A stretch of 44,870 nt of DNA from Prevotellaceae bacterium (GCA_031284065.1 JAITAP010000026.1:1-44870); one strand, 5' to 3'; positions 17,132-26,700 are shown, counted from the first letter of the stretch. The notes: generated by a model from the letters alone, not told the origin. Program-made: numbers and translations.

Positions 17132-18550
17132 ATGGCAAACAAGCTATACTGCCTGCTGTTCTTCAGCCTGATTTCCTCATCGCTCGGTGCGCAAACCTTT
17201 GCGCACGAAAGGTCGAGCGAATACGTTCCGCCCAAAGAGCCGGAGGTTATCCGGCAGCTCGACAGGTGGCAAGACCTGAAATTTGGCATGTTAATCCACT
17301 GGGGGCTGTACTCCCGGCTCGGCATTGTTGAGTCGTGGTCTATCTGCTCTGAGGAGGAGGAGTGGATTCCCCGCGACAGCGCCGCCTCCTACGACGCCTA
17401 CAAGCGCAGCTACTGGGCTACGATAGATTCCTTTAAGCCCGACAAGTTTGACCCTGCGGCGTGGGCAACGGCAGGCCGGCAAGCGGGAATGGGCTACGTG
17501 GTATTTACCACCAAGCACCACGACGGCTTCAACATGTTCGACACCAAGCAAAGCGATTTCTCCATTGCAAAGGGCGCTTTTAGGGACGACCCGCGCCGAA
17601 ACGTGGCAAAGGAGGTGTTTGCCGCTTTCCGGCAGGAGAGCTACATGGTGGGCGCGTACTTCTCAAAGCCCGACTGGCATTCGCAGTACTACTGGTGGGA
17701 CAGGTACGCAACCCCCAACCGCAACAACAACTACAGCATTGACAAAAACCCCTGGCGGTGGAATAAATTCAAGGAGTTTACCTATAGCCAAATTGAGGAG
17801 CTGCTCAACGGCGACTACGGCGCTATCGACATTCTCTGGCTCGACGGCGGATGGGTGCGCCCTGCAGGTGGCGCTGCCCGCGCCGGACGCGCCTACAAAG
17901 GCTCGCAGGATATTGACATGCCCAGGATTGCGGCTATGGCAAGGCGCTACCAGCCCGGCATACTAATGGTTGACCGCACCGTGCCGGGCGAATTTGAGAA
18001 CTACCAAACCCCCGAGCGGGGTATTCCCGACAGCCGGCCGGACGCTCCGTGGGAAAGCTGCATCCCTCTGGGGAACGACTGGGGCTACGTGCCCACCGAC
18101 GTTTACAAAACGCCGACAAAAGTAATTCACACGCTGGCGGAAATTACGGCAAAGGGCGGAAATCTTCTGCTGGGCATTGGCCCCAAGCCCGACGGGACGT
18201 TGCCCGGCGAGGTGGTGGCGAGGCTGCGGCAGGTGGGAGCGTGGCTGCAAAAAAACGGCAAGGCCATTTTCAACACCCGCCCCGCCCCAATATACCACAG
18301 CGGCGACACGTGGTTTACCCAAAGCAAGGACGGCAAAAAAACATACGCCATTGCCTGCTGGGAGGAGGGTCAGCCTGCCCCCCGAAGCGTTACATGGCAG
18401 GGCAACGAGCCCGCGCCGGGCGGCAAAATCGTATGCCTGCAAACAGGCAAGCCCGCTGCGTGGAAAAAAACCGGCGGCGGCGTTGAGGTAACCCTCCCCT
18501 CGCCCAAAGATTTGCCGGTGGGAGTTGCAGCGCTGGCGTTTGAATTTTGA
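17132..18550 (+). CDS. Alpha-L-fucosidase (GH29), secreted
   Basis: Signal peptide, then WGLYS, FTTKHHDGFNMFDT and LWLDGGW, which are GH29 signatures. Confidence 0.85.
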   Translation: MANKLYCLLFFSLISSSLGAQTFAHERSSEYVPPKEPEVIRQLDRWQDLKFGMLIHWGLYSRLGIVESWSICSEEEEWIPRDSAASYDAYKRSYWATIDSFKPDKFDPAAWATAGRQAGMGYVVFTTKHHDGFNMFDTKQSDFSIAKGAFRDDPRRNVAKEVFAAFRQESYMVGAYFSKPDWHSQYYWWDRYATPNRNNNYSIDKNPWRWNKFKEFTYSQIEELLNGDYGAIDILWLDGGWVRPAGGAARAGRAYKGSQDIDMPRIAAMARRYQPGILMVDRTVPGEFENYQTPERGIPDSRPDAPWESCIPLGNDWGYVPTDVYKTPTKVIHTLAEITAKGGNLLLGIGPKPDGTLPGEVVARLRQVGAWLQKNGKAIFNTRPAPIYHSGDTWFTQSKDGKKTYAIACWEEGQPAPRSVTWQGNEPAPGGKIVCLQTGKPAAWKKTGGGVEVTLPSPKDLPVGVAALAFEF

Positions 18551-18610
18551 GCCCGCGCAGAAATCCGGCGCACGCGATTCTCAACTTTCAATTTTCAGCT
18601 TAAATTTTTG

Positions 18611-18618
18611 TACCTTTG
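18611..18618 (+). promoter_or_regulatory. Bacteroidota -7 box TACCTTTG upstream of hom
   Basis: Exact TAnnTTTG match, 70 nt upstream of the ATG. Confidence 0.4.
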
Positions 18619-18687
18619 CAGCTCGTAGCGCAGCGTGCGCATTATTCGTAATTCGTAATTGAGACAGTCGTAATTCCTAAATTAAAC

Positions 18688-19872
18688 ATGAACAAGTTGA
18701 CCATTGGCTTATTTGGCTTCGGAACGGTGGGGAGGGGGCTTTACACCGTGCTGCAAAAAAGCAAAACCGTTGATGCGCAAATCAAGCATATTTGCATAAA
18801 AAACTCCGAAAAAAAGCGCAGCATTGACGCAAAGTACTTCACCGCTAACGCTGAGGACATCCTTGGCGACCCCGAAATCAACCTCGTGGTGGAGCTCATC
18901 GACAACGCCGCCGACGCATACAGCATTGTGAAAACCGCCATGCAGCGCGGCAAAAGCGTTGTGAGCGGCAACAAGGCTATGCTGGCGGAGCACTTGTCCG
19001 AAATGATAGCGCTACAGCAGCAGCACAACGTGGCGTTGCTCTACGACGCTTCGGCCTGCGGCAGTATTCCCGTTATCCGCAACCTCGAGGAGTACTACGA
19101 CAACGACTTGCTCACCTCCGTTACGGGCATCCTGAACGGATCGTCGAACTACATTCTCTCCAAAATTTTTAACGAGGGCGAAACCTACGCCAACGCGCTC
19201 AGGCAGGCGCAGGAGCTCGGTTTTGCCGAAAGCAACCCCTCGTTCGACGTGGACGGGTACGACTCGCTCTACAAGCTGGTGATACTTACGCTGCACGCCT
19301 TTGGCGTGATAATTCCGCCGAGCGAGGTGTTCAACTTTGGCATCTCCAACCTTGCCGAGTGCGACATTTGCTACGCCAAGGAAAAAGGGCGCAAAATAAA
19401 GCTGGTGGCGCGCGTCGGCAAAACGGAAGACGGCAACATTACCCTCTACGTCATGCCGCGTATGCTCACCCCAGACCTCTACATTTACAGCGTGGAGGAT
19501 GAGTACAACGGCGTGGTTATTCGCGGGCAGTTTTACGACAAGCAGTTCATGTTCGGCAAGGGCGCGGGCGGGCTGCCTACCGGCTCGGCGGTGCTCTCGG
19601 ACATTACCGCGCGGTTTCACGACTACCGCTACGAGTACAAAAAGCTCAACACGCCCAACGCGCCCAAGTACGTTACCGACAACCTTGTGAGTATCTACCT
19701 GCGCTACCGCAACGTGAGCGACTTTGAGCATTTTCGCTTTGTGGAGATTTCGGAAAAATATACAAGCAACGATTTTTGCTACGTGGTGGGAAAAATAAGC
19801 CTTAGCAACCTGCTTAGCATCAAAGCGCTGCTGCCAACGCTCGACGTGTTCTTGGCAACAATGTGCTCGTAG
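18688..19872 (+). CDS. hom: Homoserine dehydrogenase
   Basis: GFGTVG Rossmann motif, plus NGSSNYIL and AESNPSFDVDGYDSLYKL substrate-domain motifs. Confidence 0.8.
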   Translation: MNKLTIGLFGFGTVGRGLYTVLQKSKTVDAQIKHICIKNSEKKRSIDAKYFTANAEDILGDPEINLVVELIDNAADAYSIVKTAMQRGKSVVSGNKAMLAEHLSEMIALQQQHNVALLYDASACGSIPVIRNLEEYYDNDLLTSVTGILNGSSNYILSKIFNEGETYANALRQAQELGFAESNPSFDVDGYDSLYKLVILTLHAFGVIIPPSEVFNFGISNLAECDICYAKEKGRKIKLVARVGKTEDGNITLYVMPRMLTPDLYIYSVEDEYNGVVIRGQFYDKQFMFGKGAGGLPTGSAVLSDITARFHDYRYEYKKLNTPNAPKYVTDNLVSIYLRYRNVSDFEHFRFVEISEKYTSNDFCYVVGKISLSNLLSIKALLPTLDVFLATMCS

Positions 19873-19929
19873 CGCCGGAGAACGCCGCAAAAAGTTGTAA
19901 AAATGTGTACAAGCATTTAACAAAATAGC

Positions 19930-19937
19930 TATCTTTG
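19930..19937 (+). promoter_or_regulatory. Bacteroidota -7 box TATCTTTG upstream of apbE
   Basis: Exact TAnnTTTG match, 44 nt upstream of the ATG. Confidence 0.45.
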
Positions 19938-19980
19938 GACTTTTCTGCGCAGTGGTTGGCTACAAAAAATATCTGTTGGA

Positions 19981-20988
19981 ATGAATAAGCTGTCGTTTTT
20001 TTTGCTTGGCGTCGCGCTTGCGCTGGGGGGAGGCTGTAGCGCAGACGCAGCGTATCCGCGAATCGCGGGGGTTGCGCTGGGCACCACCTACACCGTAGCC
20101 TGCGCCGGTGCAGACACGCTGTTACAGCGCGAGGTAGAGCAGCTCATGCAGCGCGTGGAAAAATCGCTCTCCATCTACGACAAAGAATCCGTAATCTCCA
20201 GGGTGAACCGCAACGAAGACGTGGCGCTGGACGGTTACTTTGTGGAGTGCTTTGAAGTAGCGCGGCAGGCAAGCCTGCAAACACACGGCGCATGTGACGC
20301 TGGCGCATCGCCGCTGTTTGCCGCGTGGGGATTTGGCGCGACGGAGCACAGCACGCCGCCCGCGCAGCGGCAAATCGACAGCCTGAAGCAGCTCTGCGGC
20401 ATGGACAAGTTTGCTGTTGTCAACAACCGGCTCGTGAAGTCAGACCCTCGCGCCCAGCTCAACGCCAACGCCATAGCCAAAGGCTACACGGTGGACGTGG
20501 TGGCGCGCTTTCTCGAAAGCCGGAGCATTACCAGCTATCTGGTCGAAATTGGCGGCGAAGTTCGCTGCGGCGACGTAAAGCCCAACGGCAAAAAGTGGAC
20601 GGTGGGCGTGGACATGCCAAAAGATGGCAACTTTACCCCGGGTGCAGACATGGCGGGCACAATAGAAATCAGCAACCGGGCAGTGGCAACGTCGGGCAAC
20701 TACCGCCGCTTTTACGTGAGCGACGGCACAAAAATCCCGCACACCATCGACCCCGTTACGGGGCGACCCGCGCACAACAGCCTGCTTAGCGCAACCGTTG
20801 CCGCCGCCAGCTGCGCCGTTGCCGACGCATACGCCACCGCCTTTATGGTGATGGGCGCGGACAGCGCAAAGGCTTTGCTGAACAGGCATCGGGAGCTGGA
20901 GGCTTTTTTGATATTCTCCGAGCAGGGGCAACTTCGGACTTACGCTACGCCAAAATTTAAAAGTTGGCTAATTCAGAATAACATTTAA
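19981..20988 (+). CDS. apbE: FAD:protein FMN transferase (ApbE family) lipoprotein
   Basis: Lipobox LGGGC. ApbE motifs present: SRVNR, AIAKGYTVD, TSGNYRRFY...HTIDPVTGRP, DAYATAFMVMG. Confidence 0.85.
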   Translation: MNKLSFFLLGVALALGGGCSADAAYPRIAGVALGTTYTVACAGADTLLQREVEQLMQRVEKSLSIYDKESVISRVNRNEDVALDGYFVECFEVARQASLQTHGACDAGASPLFAAWGFGATEHSTPPAQRQIDSLKQLCGMDKFAVVNNRLVKSDPRAQLNANAIAKGYTVDVVARFLESRSITSYLVEIGGEVRCGDVKPNGKKWTVGVDMPKDGNFTPGADMAGTIEISNRAVATSGNYRRFYVSDGTKIPHTIDPVTGRPAHNSLLSATVAAASCAVADAYATAFMVMGADSAKALLNRHRELEAFLIFSEQGQLRTYATPKFKSWLIQNNI

Positions 20989-21012
20989 TCACTCACTAAA
21001 AAAACAAAAAAA

Positions 21013-21621
21013 ATGATGAAAACAGTAACGTTATGCGCGGTCGCGCTGATGGCTTCAGCCACCGCATTTGCACAAAACATCCAGCTGCCCGCTCCGCAAA
21101 AGAGCGGCGGCAAACCGCTCATGGAAGCCCTGTCGCAGCGCAAAAGCTCACGCGAGTTCGACGCAAAGGCGCTCAGCGAGCAAACCATCTCAAACCTGCT
21201 GTGGGCGGCCGGCGGCTTCAACCGCAACGGCATGCGCACCGCACCCTCTGCCAACAACAAGCAGGAATTTGAAATTTACGTGGCGCTGGAGAAAGGCCTG
21301 TACCTCTACAACGCTAAGGACAACGCGCTGGAGCTGGTAAAAAGTGGCGACCTGCGCTCCAAGACCGGAAAGCAAAGTTTTGTAAGCGTAGCCCCGCTCA
21401 ACCTCGTTTACGTTTACGACGCCGCCAAAATGTCGGACGAAAAGATGGCTTACGCCGACTGCGGCTTCATTTCGCAAAATGTTTACCTGTACTGCGCCTC
21501 AGAGGGGTTGGCAACTGTGGTGCGCGGCTTTGTAGATAGGGACGACCTCGCCAAAGTAATAGGCCTGAAACCCGGATACGCCATAACGCTTTCGCAAACA
21601 GTGGGGTACCCGAAGAATTGA
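21013..21621 (+). CDS. Exported nitroreductase-fold (SagB/ThcOx-like) flavoprotein
   Basis: Signal peptide (AFAQ), then RKSSREF...LSNLLWAAGGFNR, a typical nitroreductase-superfamily N-terminus. Confidence 0.65.
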   Translation: MMKTVTLCAVALMASATAFAQNIQLPAPQKSGGKPLMEALSQRKSSREFDAKALSEQTISNLLWAAGGFNRNGMRTAPSANNKQEFEIYVALEKGLYLYNAKDNALELVKSGDLRSKTGKQSFVSVAPLNLVYVYDAAKMSDEKMAYADCGFISQNVYLYCASEGLATVVRGFVDRDDLAKVIGLKPGYAITLSQTVGYPKN

Positions 21622-21663
21622 GAACGGAGGATTAACCCCCGCTGGTTTAGGGGCAACAAAAAG

Positions 21664-21697
21664 AGTTTTCGGAGTAAAATCTCCGAAAGTTCTTTTT
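21664..21697 (+). terminator. Rho-independent terminator
   Basis: Stem TTTCGGAG / CTCCGAAA with loop taaaat, followed by CTTTTTGTTTTTT. Confidence 0.6.
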
Positions 21698-21727
21698 GTT
21701 TTTTGCTGCAAAAGCGAAAGCGTAGAT

Positions 21728-21895
21728 TCAATATCTCAATGCAACTTTATCGTGCAAATATCGGAAGAAAATTTCTTTTGGTGAATAAAACTTTAAATTT
21801 TTTCTGGGTCTGCTGTTGATTTTATGCTGTATTTCCTTTATTTGGCGCTCGCTAAAGTCATCGAAGTTCGCTTTTTGGGGGATGTGTAGTTGAAA
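21728..21895 (-). pseudogene. C-terminal remnant of an IS30-family transposase
   Basis: The minus-strand translation is FQLHIPQKANFDDFSERQIKEIQHKINSRPRKNLKFYSPKEIFFRYLHDKVALRY*. The N-x-RPRK...F.SP.E.F pattern is the IS30 transposase tail. It is preceded by an in-frame stop, with no catalytic domain upstream. Confidence 0.55.
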
Positions 21896-21960
21896 TTACA
21901 CTTACCGCTGCCCGAAAGGCAGATTTTTCATCGCTGCAAGTCGTTGCCCTGCGGAGGTCA

Positions 21961-22575
21961 TCAAAACTCTACGCTTGCGCTGTAGTACATTCGCTTTAGC
22001 AGCGATTTTATTTTTGCGGCGTACTGCGGGTCTTGCGCCCACGTGCCGGTAAGCGCGTCGATGGTGGGGGCTTTCCCCTTTGGGCTTACAAAGTGGTAGC
22101 GGGGGTCTATCAGCTCGCCAAAAAGCGGCTCTTTGCTGGCGTACGCTTTCAGGTGCTGAATGTGCGCCCGAATCCCTGTCTGCTCGTCGGGAAAGATGTG
22201 CCCTGTTTGCGTTGGGCTTGTTGCCCCCAGCCCGCAAAAGTTGTTCATCTGCGGGTTGACAAGCCCTTTGAACTGCAAAAATCCTGTTTCCAGAATCATT
22301 TGCGCAAAGGCTATATCGTGGTTTACGCCTTCCGTTTGCGCTTCGGCAATGTAGAGCGGCGCCAGCCGTGCCGCGCGCTCAGCGTCGCCGTCGGTAGCGG
22401 CAACGGTAACAAAGGCTGCCAGCTGCTCGGCGCTCAGCCTGCCGCTGCTCATAATGTGCTGGGGAATGTCAAAAGCGTTCGCTACAAACGTTTGCGCCTG
22501 CGCAAGGCAGGGCAGGAAAAAGCAAATTACGGCAAGCGGTCGCGCTATAAAAAAAATACGTAGCTTGTTGTTCAT
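21961..22575 (-). CDS. Glucosaminidase (mannosyl-glycoprotein endo-beta-N-acetylglucosaminidase) domain protein
   Basis: Signal peptide, then AFAQMILETGFLQFKG and NNFCGLGA motifs of the glucosaminidase/FlgJ-like family. Confidence 0.65.
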   Translation of the reverse strand: MNNKLRIFFIARPLAVICFFLPCLAQAQTFVANAFDIPQHIMSSGRLSAEQLAAFVTVAATDGDAERAARLAPLYIAEAQTEGVNHDIAFAQMILETGFLQFKGLVNPQMNNFCGLGATSPTQTGHIFPDEQTGIRAHIQHLKAYASKEPLFGELIDPRYHFVSPKGKAPTIDALTGTWAQDPQYAAKIKSLLKRMYYSASVEF

Positions 22576-22638
22576 AGTACCTGAATTAAACCCGTCAACG
22601 CCCTCTTACGGTCGATATTTTTTCGCAAAGGTAAAAAT

Positions 22639-23787
22639 TTATGCCCAAATTAAATCAACAATGATGCTATCCGCTACAAACCAGCGGTTTTCGGGAATGG
22701 CTATTCTGTCGTCGTCTGCTATAATACTTTTATTCTCAATATGTTTCCTTGCGTGAGAAAAAAAATAATTTATCAACCGGTTATCAAAATTTGCCTGCAA
22801 ATAACTTTTGCTTACGCCCCACACGGTGCGCAGCCCCGTAAAAACGTACTCGTTGTAGCGGTTTTCCATGCTCAGGCTTTCGAGCTCAAAAAAATCTGCG
22901 CCCTCCTCCACATTTTTGATGTACTGCGCACAGCTGGCAACGTTGCTTTGCCGCTGCCATCCGTTGTACGAGTGCGCCGCCGCGCCAATGCCAATGTAGG
23001 GTTGCTGCTGCCAGTAGGCCGTGTTGTGCATGGAAAAAAATCCGCTGCGGGCAAAGCTGGAGATTTCGTAGTGCAGCCAGCCGTTCTCCGCGCTCGCTTG
23101 GCAGAGCAGGTCGTACTGCATGGCCACTTCGTCCTCGTGCGGCAGCGGCAGCTTGTTTTTGCGCCGGAGCACGCCAAAGGGGGTTCGCTTTTCGATGGTG
23201 AGCGCGTAGGCCGAAAGGTGCTGCACGCCCAGCGAAAACGCGGTCTTGAGGTTGCTGCGCCAACGCTCAACGTCCATGCAGGGCAGGCCGTAGATGAGGT
23301 CAACGGAGATATTTTCAAACCCCGCCGCTTGCGCCAGCTGCACGCTGCGTATGGCTTGCCGCGCGCTGTGCCGTCGGCGGAGGCGCTGCAAGTCGTCGTC
23401 AAAAAACGACTGTACGCCAATGCTGACGCGGTTAACGCCCATGCCGCGCAGCCGCTGCAAGTACTCAGGCGTAACGTCGTCGGGGTTTAGCTCCACCGTA
23501 AACTCTTCGGGCGGCGCAACGCAAAACGTTGCCACCGCTTTTTGCGACAGCGCGGCGAGCATGTCCGGCGGCAGCTGCGAGGGCGTGCCTCCGCCAATGT
23601 ACAGGGTCGATTTTTGCAACGCGGAGGAATTTTTTTCTACCTGCGAAAAATAATTTTTTCGCCTTTCCATTTCGTGCAGCATCGCCAAAACCGTTGGCTG
23701 CACAAGCGTTTGCGAAGTCGTAGCGTAAAAATCGCAGTACCCGCACCTGAGCTTGCAAAAAGGTATGTGCAAATAAATACCAATCAT
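22639..23787 (-). CDS. hemW: Radical SAM heme chaperone HemW (HemN-like)
   Basis: N-terminus IGIYLHIPFCKLRCGYCDFY (CxxxCxxC), YIGGGTPS, and a HemN_C-like tail. Confidence 0.85.
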   Translation of the reverse strand: MIGIYLHIPFCKLRCGYCDFYATTSQTLVQPTVLAMLHEMERRKNYFSQVEKNSSALQKSTLYIGGGTPSQLPPDMLAALSQKAVATFCVAPPEEFTVELNPDDVTPEYLQRLRGMGVNRVSIGVQSFFDDDLQRLRRRHSARQAIRSVQLAQAAGFENISVDLIYGLPCMDVERWRSNLKTAFSLGVQHLSAYALTIEKRTPFGVLRRKNKLPLPHEDEVAMQYDLLCQASAENGWLHYEISSFARSGFFSMHNTAYWQQQPYIGIGAAAHSYNGWQRQSNVASCAQYIKNVEEGADFFELESLSMENRYNEYVFTGLRTVWGVSKSYLQANFDNRLINYFFSHARKHIENKSIIADDDRIAIPENRWFVADSIIVDLIWA

Positions 23788-23801
23788 ATTGCAAAATAAG
23801 C

Positions 23802-23809
23802 TACTTTTG
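23802..23809 (+). promoter_or_regulatory. Bacteroidota -7 box TACTTTTG upstream of the rluB-like gene
   Basis: Exact TAnnTTTG match, 43 nt upstream of the ATG at 23852. Confidence 0.45.
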
Positions 23810-23851
23810 TCGGATATTTGGTCATTAAAAATTGTAAAGAGGCAACTATTT

Positions 23852-25270
23852 ATGGAGAATAATCAGGAAGAGCCTAAAGCTTACCGCCCGCGAACAGGCA
23901 GCTTAGAGCGCAAAAAACAAGCTACCGCTGCTTCGCGCAGCGCCGAACCCCCTACCGGTGGCGACGAGCCGAAACCTCGCGAGCGCAAGGACGACGGAGA
24001 GCAACCCGCCGGCCGGACAGCCACGCGGCAAAGCTTTTTCAAAAACCGCACGCCGCAAAGCGAAGCATCTGCCGACGAAAGCTACGACGAAAAACCGCGC
24101 CGCGCCCCACGCGCCGCATATAGCGACGACGAAAAACCGCGCCGCGCCCCACGCTCCTCGTACAGCGACGACGAAAAGCCGCGCCGCCGCGCCGCCGGCA
24201 GGGATGGCGACGAAAGGCGGTCAGCGTCGCCGGGGTTTGACAAGTTCTACAGGGGAAAACCGCGCAGCGAGCGCCGCACCTACGACCGCGACAGAACGGA
24301 CGAGGGCAGGCCTTACGCCCGCAAGCCCTATCGGGAAGAAGAGCCGCGCGGCTACCGCTCAAGAAAAGCATCTGGCGACCGCGACGACAGCCCCCGCCGC
24401 GAAAAACCCTTTGGCGAACGCCGCAGCTACGGCAGCGAAAGAAAACCCTACGCCCGCAAGACCTACGGCGAAGAGGACAGCTACGGGTCGCGCAGCGCCA
24501 AGCCTCGCGCCGAAAGAAAACCGGCGAGGGAAATTCAGGTCAAAGAGCCGAACATGCCCGTGCGACTCAACAAGTTCATTGCCAACTCGGGCGTGTGCTC
24601 GCGCCGCGAAGCCGATGAGTACATACAAAAAGGAGAAATTACCGTAAACGGGGAAGTTGTTACAACGCTCGGGGCAAAGGTACTGCCAACCGACGAAATT
24701 TGCTGGAACGGCGATAAGCTTTCGGGCGAAAAAAAGGTGTACATCGTGCTCAACAAGCCCAAAGGCTACGTAACCACAGCGGAAGACCCCCACGCCGACA
24801 AAACGGTGATGGACCTCATTGCGGGCGCGTGCTCGGAGCGCGTGTACCCGGTGGGGCGACTGGACAAAAACACCACCGGCGTGCTCCTCTTTACCAACGA
24901 CGGCGAGCTGACCAAAACGCTCACCCACCCCAGCTACAACAAGCGCAAGGTGTATCAGGTTACGCTGGACAAAACCCTCAAAAAGCCCGACATGGACAAG
25001 CTCGTGGAAGGCGTAGAGCTCGAAGACGGCATTGCCGTTGCCGACGAAGTAGGCTACACCAACATGGAGGATAAGTGCGAAGTGGGCTTGGAAATTCACT
25101 CCGGACGCAACCGCGTGGTGCGGCGCATGTTTGAGGCGCTGGGCTACGAAGTCAAAAAGCTCGACCGCGTATATTTTGCAGGGCTTACCAAAAAATCGCT
25201 GGAGCGCGGAAAGTGGAGAATACTATCCACAAAAGAGGTGAGCATGCTCAAAATGGGAGCGTATGAGTAG
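23852..25270 (+). CDS. rluB: RsuA/RluB-family pseudouridine synthase with a ~230-aa charged N-terminal extension
   Basis: S4 domain (VRLNKFIANSGVCSRREADEYI) and catalytic GRLDKNTTGVLLFTNDG. The N-terminal R/K/E/D/P-rich region contains three 42-bp repeats (DEKPRRAPR...YSD) starting at 24086, 24128 and 24170. Confidence 0.8.
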   Translation: MENNQEEPKAYRPRTGSLERKKQATAASRSAEPPTGGDEPKPRERKDDGEQPAGRTATRQSFFKNRTPQSEASADESYDEKPRRAPRAAYSDDEKPRRAPRSSYSDDEKPRRRAAGRDGDERRSASPGFDKFYRGKPRSERRTYDRDRTDEGRPYARKPYREEEPRGYRSRKASGDRDDSPRREKPFGERRSYGSERKPYARKTYGEEDSYGSRSAKPRAERKPAREIQVKEPNMPVRLNKFIANSGVCSRREADEYIQKGEITVNGEVVTTLGAKVLPTDEICWNGDKLSGEKKVYIVLNKPKGYVTTAEDPHADKTVMDLIAGACSERVYPVGRLDKNTTGVLLFTNDGELTKTLTHPSYNKRKVYQVTLDKTLKKPDMDKLVEGVELEDGIAVADEVGYTNMEDKCEVGLEIHSGRNRVVRRMFEALGYEVKKLDRVYFAGLTKKSLERGKWRILSTKEVSMLKMGAYE

Positions 25271-25359
25271 CGTTGAGAATTAGGAACTGCGCAAAGCGCG
25301 GAATGGCTTGCGTCAGCTTTATACTTCTTACCGGCTTAGAATGGCGGCATGGTAATTTG

Positions 25360-25396
25360 TCCACGAATTATGACAAAAATTAGCGTAATTCGTGGA
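25360..25396. other. 11-bp-stem hairpin TCCACGAATTA-(15)-TAATTCGTGGA
   Basis: Perfect inverted repeat, 90 nt downstream of the rluB-like gene. The word AATTCGTGGA also occurs at about 10372. Confidence 0.4.
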
Positions 25397-25431
25397 GAGC
25401 AACAAATACTTTTTGTGCCGGAAATTTTCCA

Positions 25432-25439
25432 TACCTTTG
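25432..25439 (+). promoter_or_regulatory. Bacteroidota -7 box TACCTTTG
   Basis: Exact TAnnTTTG match, 50 nt upstream of the ATG at 25489. Confidence 0.45.
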
Positions 25440-25488
25440 GCATTAATTTTGCTTTTGAAAGATAAAAACAACGCTAAAATGAAGTAAA

Positions 25489-26517
25489 ATGAATATAGCA
25501 AACCCGATATACGATACGGTTTTCAAGTTTATGATGGAAGATGAGCGGGTAGCCAAATCTTTCATCTCGGCAATCATTGGAGAGGAGGTTATTGAGTTGG
25601 GGTTTTCCGCGCAGGAGCGCACCGTATATGTGCCCAAAGAAGAAAAGGACGAGGCTCCGGAGGGCGAAAAGGAAGAGTTTCTTACCGTTTGCCGATTTGA
25701 TTTTTCCGCCAAAATATCGCTTCCGGACAGCCGGTTCAAAACGGTGATGATAGAGCTGCAAAAAGCCAAATTCTCGTCGGACATCATGCGCTTTCGCCGC
25801 TACGTGGGGGCGCACTACCAAAATAAGAGCAACGTTTACACAGATGGCGGCGACGGGGAGGAAAAACCCCGCCAGATATACTGCATTTTTTTGCTGGGAT
25901 ACGACCTCGGAATGCCCGGCCATCCGGTTATACAGGTTGACAACACGGTGAAAGACCGGACAACCAACGAGACGCTGCCGGGGGCAAACGCATTTATTGA
26001 GGGGCTTCACCACCGGTCGTGGATTGTGCAGCTGGACCAGCTGAAGCGGCGGCGGCGCGACGACCTCGAAATGCTGCTGAGCATTTTTGATCAGGAAAAC
26101 CGCACCCAAGATAGCCACATTATGAACGTTGACGAGGGCGATTTTCCGGAAGCCTACCGGCCCATAATTCGCCGCCTGCGCATGGCTTCCGAAAGCAAAA
26201 ACGTCCGGATAGAGATGGAAATGGAGGATGAGTACTGGAGCGGGCTTCAAGAGAGAGAGCGGCTCATTGCGAAGCAAAAGAAAGCGCTCAGCGACAAAGA
26301 TAAAGTAATAGAGGGTAAAGACAAAATAATAGAAGGCAAAGACAAGGCGATCGAAGAGCAAAAGCAGGCATTTGAGGAGCAAAAGCAGGCATTTGAGGAG
26401 CAAAAGCAAGCATTTGAGGAGCAAAAACAGGCATTTGAAGAGCAAAAGCAGACGCTCAAGGAGCAAAATAAAGTAATAGAAACGCTGAAAAGGCGACTGG
26501 GAAACCACCAAAGCTAA
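25489..26517 (+). CDS. Rpn-family / PD-(D/E)XK nuclease family transposase-like protein with a coiled-coil tail
   Basis: The N-terminus MNIANPIYDTVFKFMMEDERVAKSFISAIIGEEV and the region ...CRFDFSAK...TVMIELQK are typical of this family. The C-terminus is a heptad-repeat coiled coil. Confidence 0.65.
   Translation: MNIANPIYDTVFKFMMEDERVAKSFISAIIGEEVIELGFSAQERTVYVPKEEKDEAPEGEKEEFLTVCRFDFSAKISLPDSRFKTVMIELQKAKFSSDIMRFRRYVGAHYQNKSNVYTDGGDGEEKPRQIYCIFLLGYDLGMPGHPVIQVDNTVKDRTTNETLPGANAFIEGLHHRSWIVQLDQLKRRRRDDLEMLLSIFDQENRTQDSHIMNVDEGDFPEAYRPIIRRLRMASESKNVRIEMEMEDEYWSGLQERERLIAKQKKALSDKDKVIEGKDKIIEGKDKAIEEQKQAFEEQKQAFEEQKQAFEEQKQAFEEQKQTLKEQNKVIETLKRRLGNHQS
26356..26481 (+). repeat. 21-bp tandem repeat (about 5-6 units) encoding EEQKQAF heptads
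   Basis: GAGCAAAAGCAGGCATTTGAG units start at 26356, 26377, 26398, 26419 and 26440, with a degenerate one at 26461. They are preceded by three GKDKxIE heptads. Confidence 0.85.
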
Positions 26518-26615
26518 TTCCGGCGCAAGATTTTTCAGGTTTTATTGCAAACGGCGTTTACACGTTTTCGGCGGAGCTTGCGCCGCAAACCTCACTTTTA
26601 CCTCACTTAAAATAA

Positions 26616-26650
26616 CAAAGCGACCTCAGCGCAAGGCTGAGGTCGCTTTG
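26616..26650. terminator. Bidirectional hairpin terminator between convergent genes
   Basis: Perfect 15-bp stem CAAAGCGACCTCAGC-gcaag-GCTGAGGTCGCTTTG, flanked by A/T-rich sequence. Confidence 0.7.
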
Positions 26651-26700
26651 TTGGGAAAATAGGGTTGGACGGCGCGCAGGGGGCGGTTCGCGAGCTGTTC

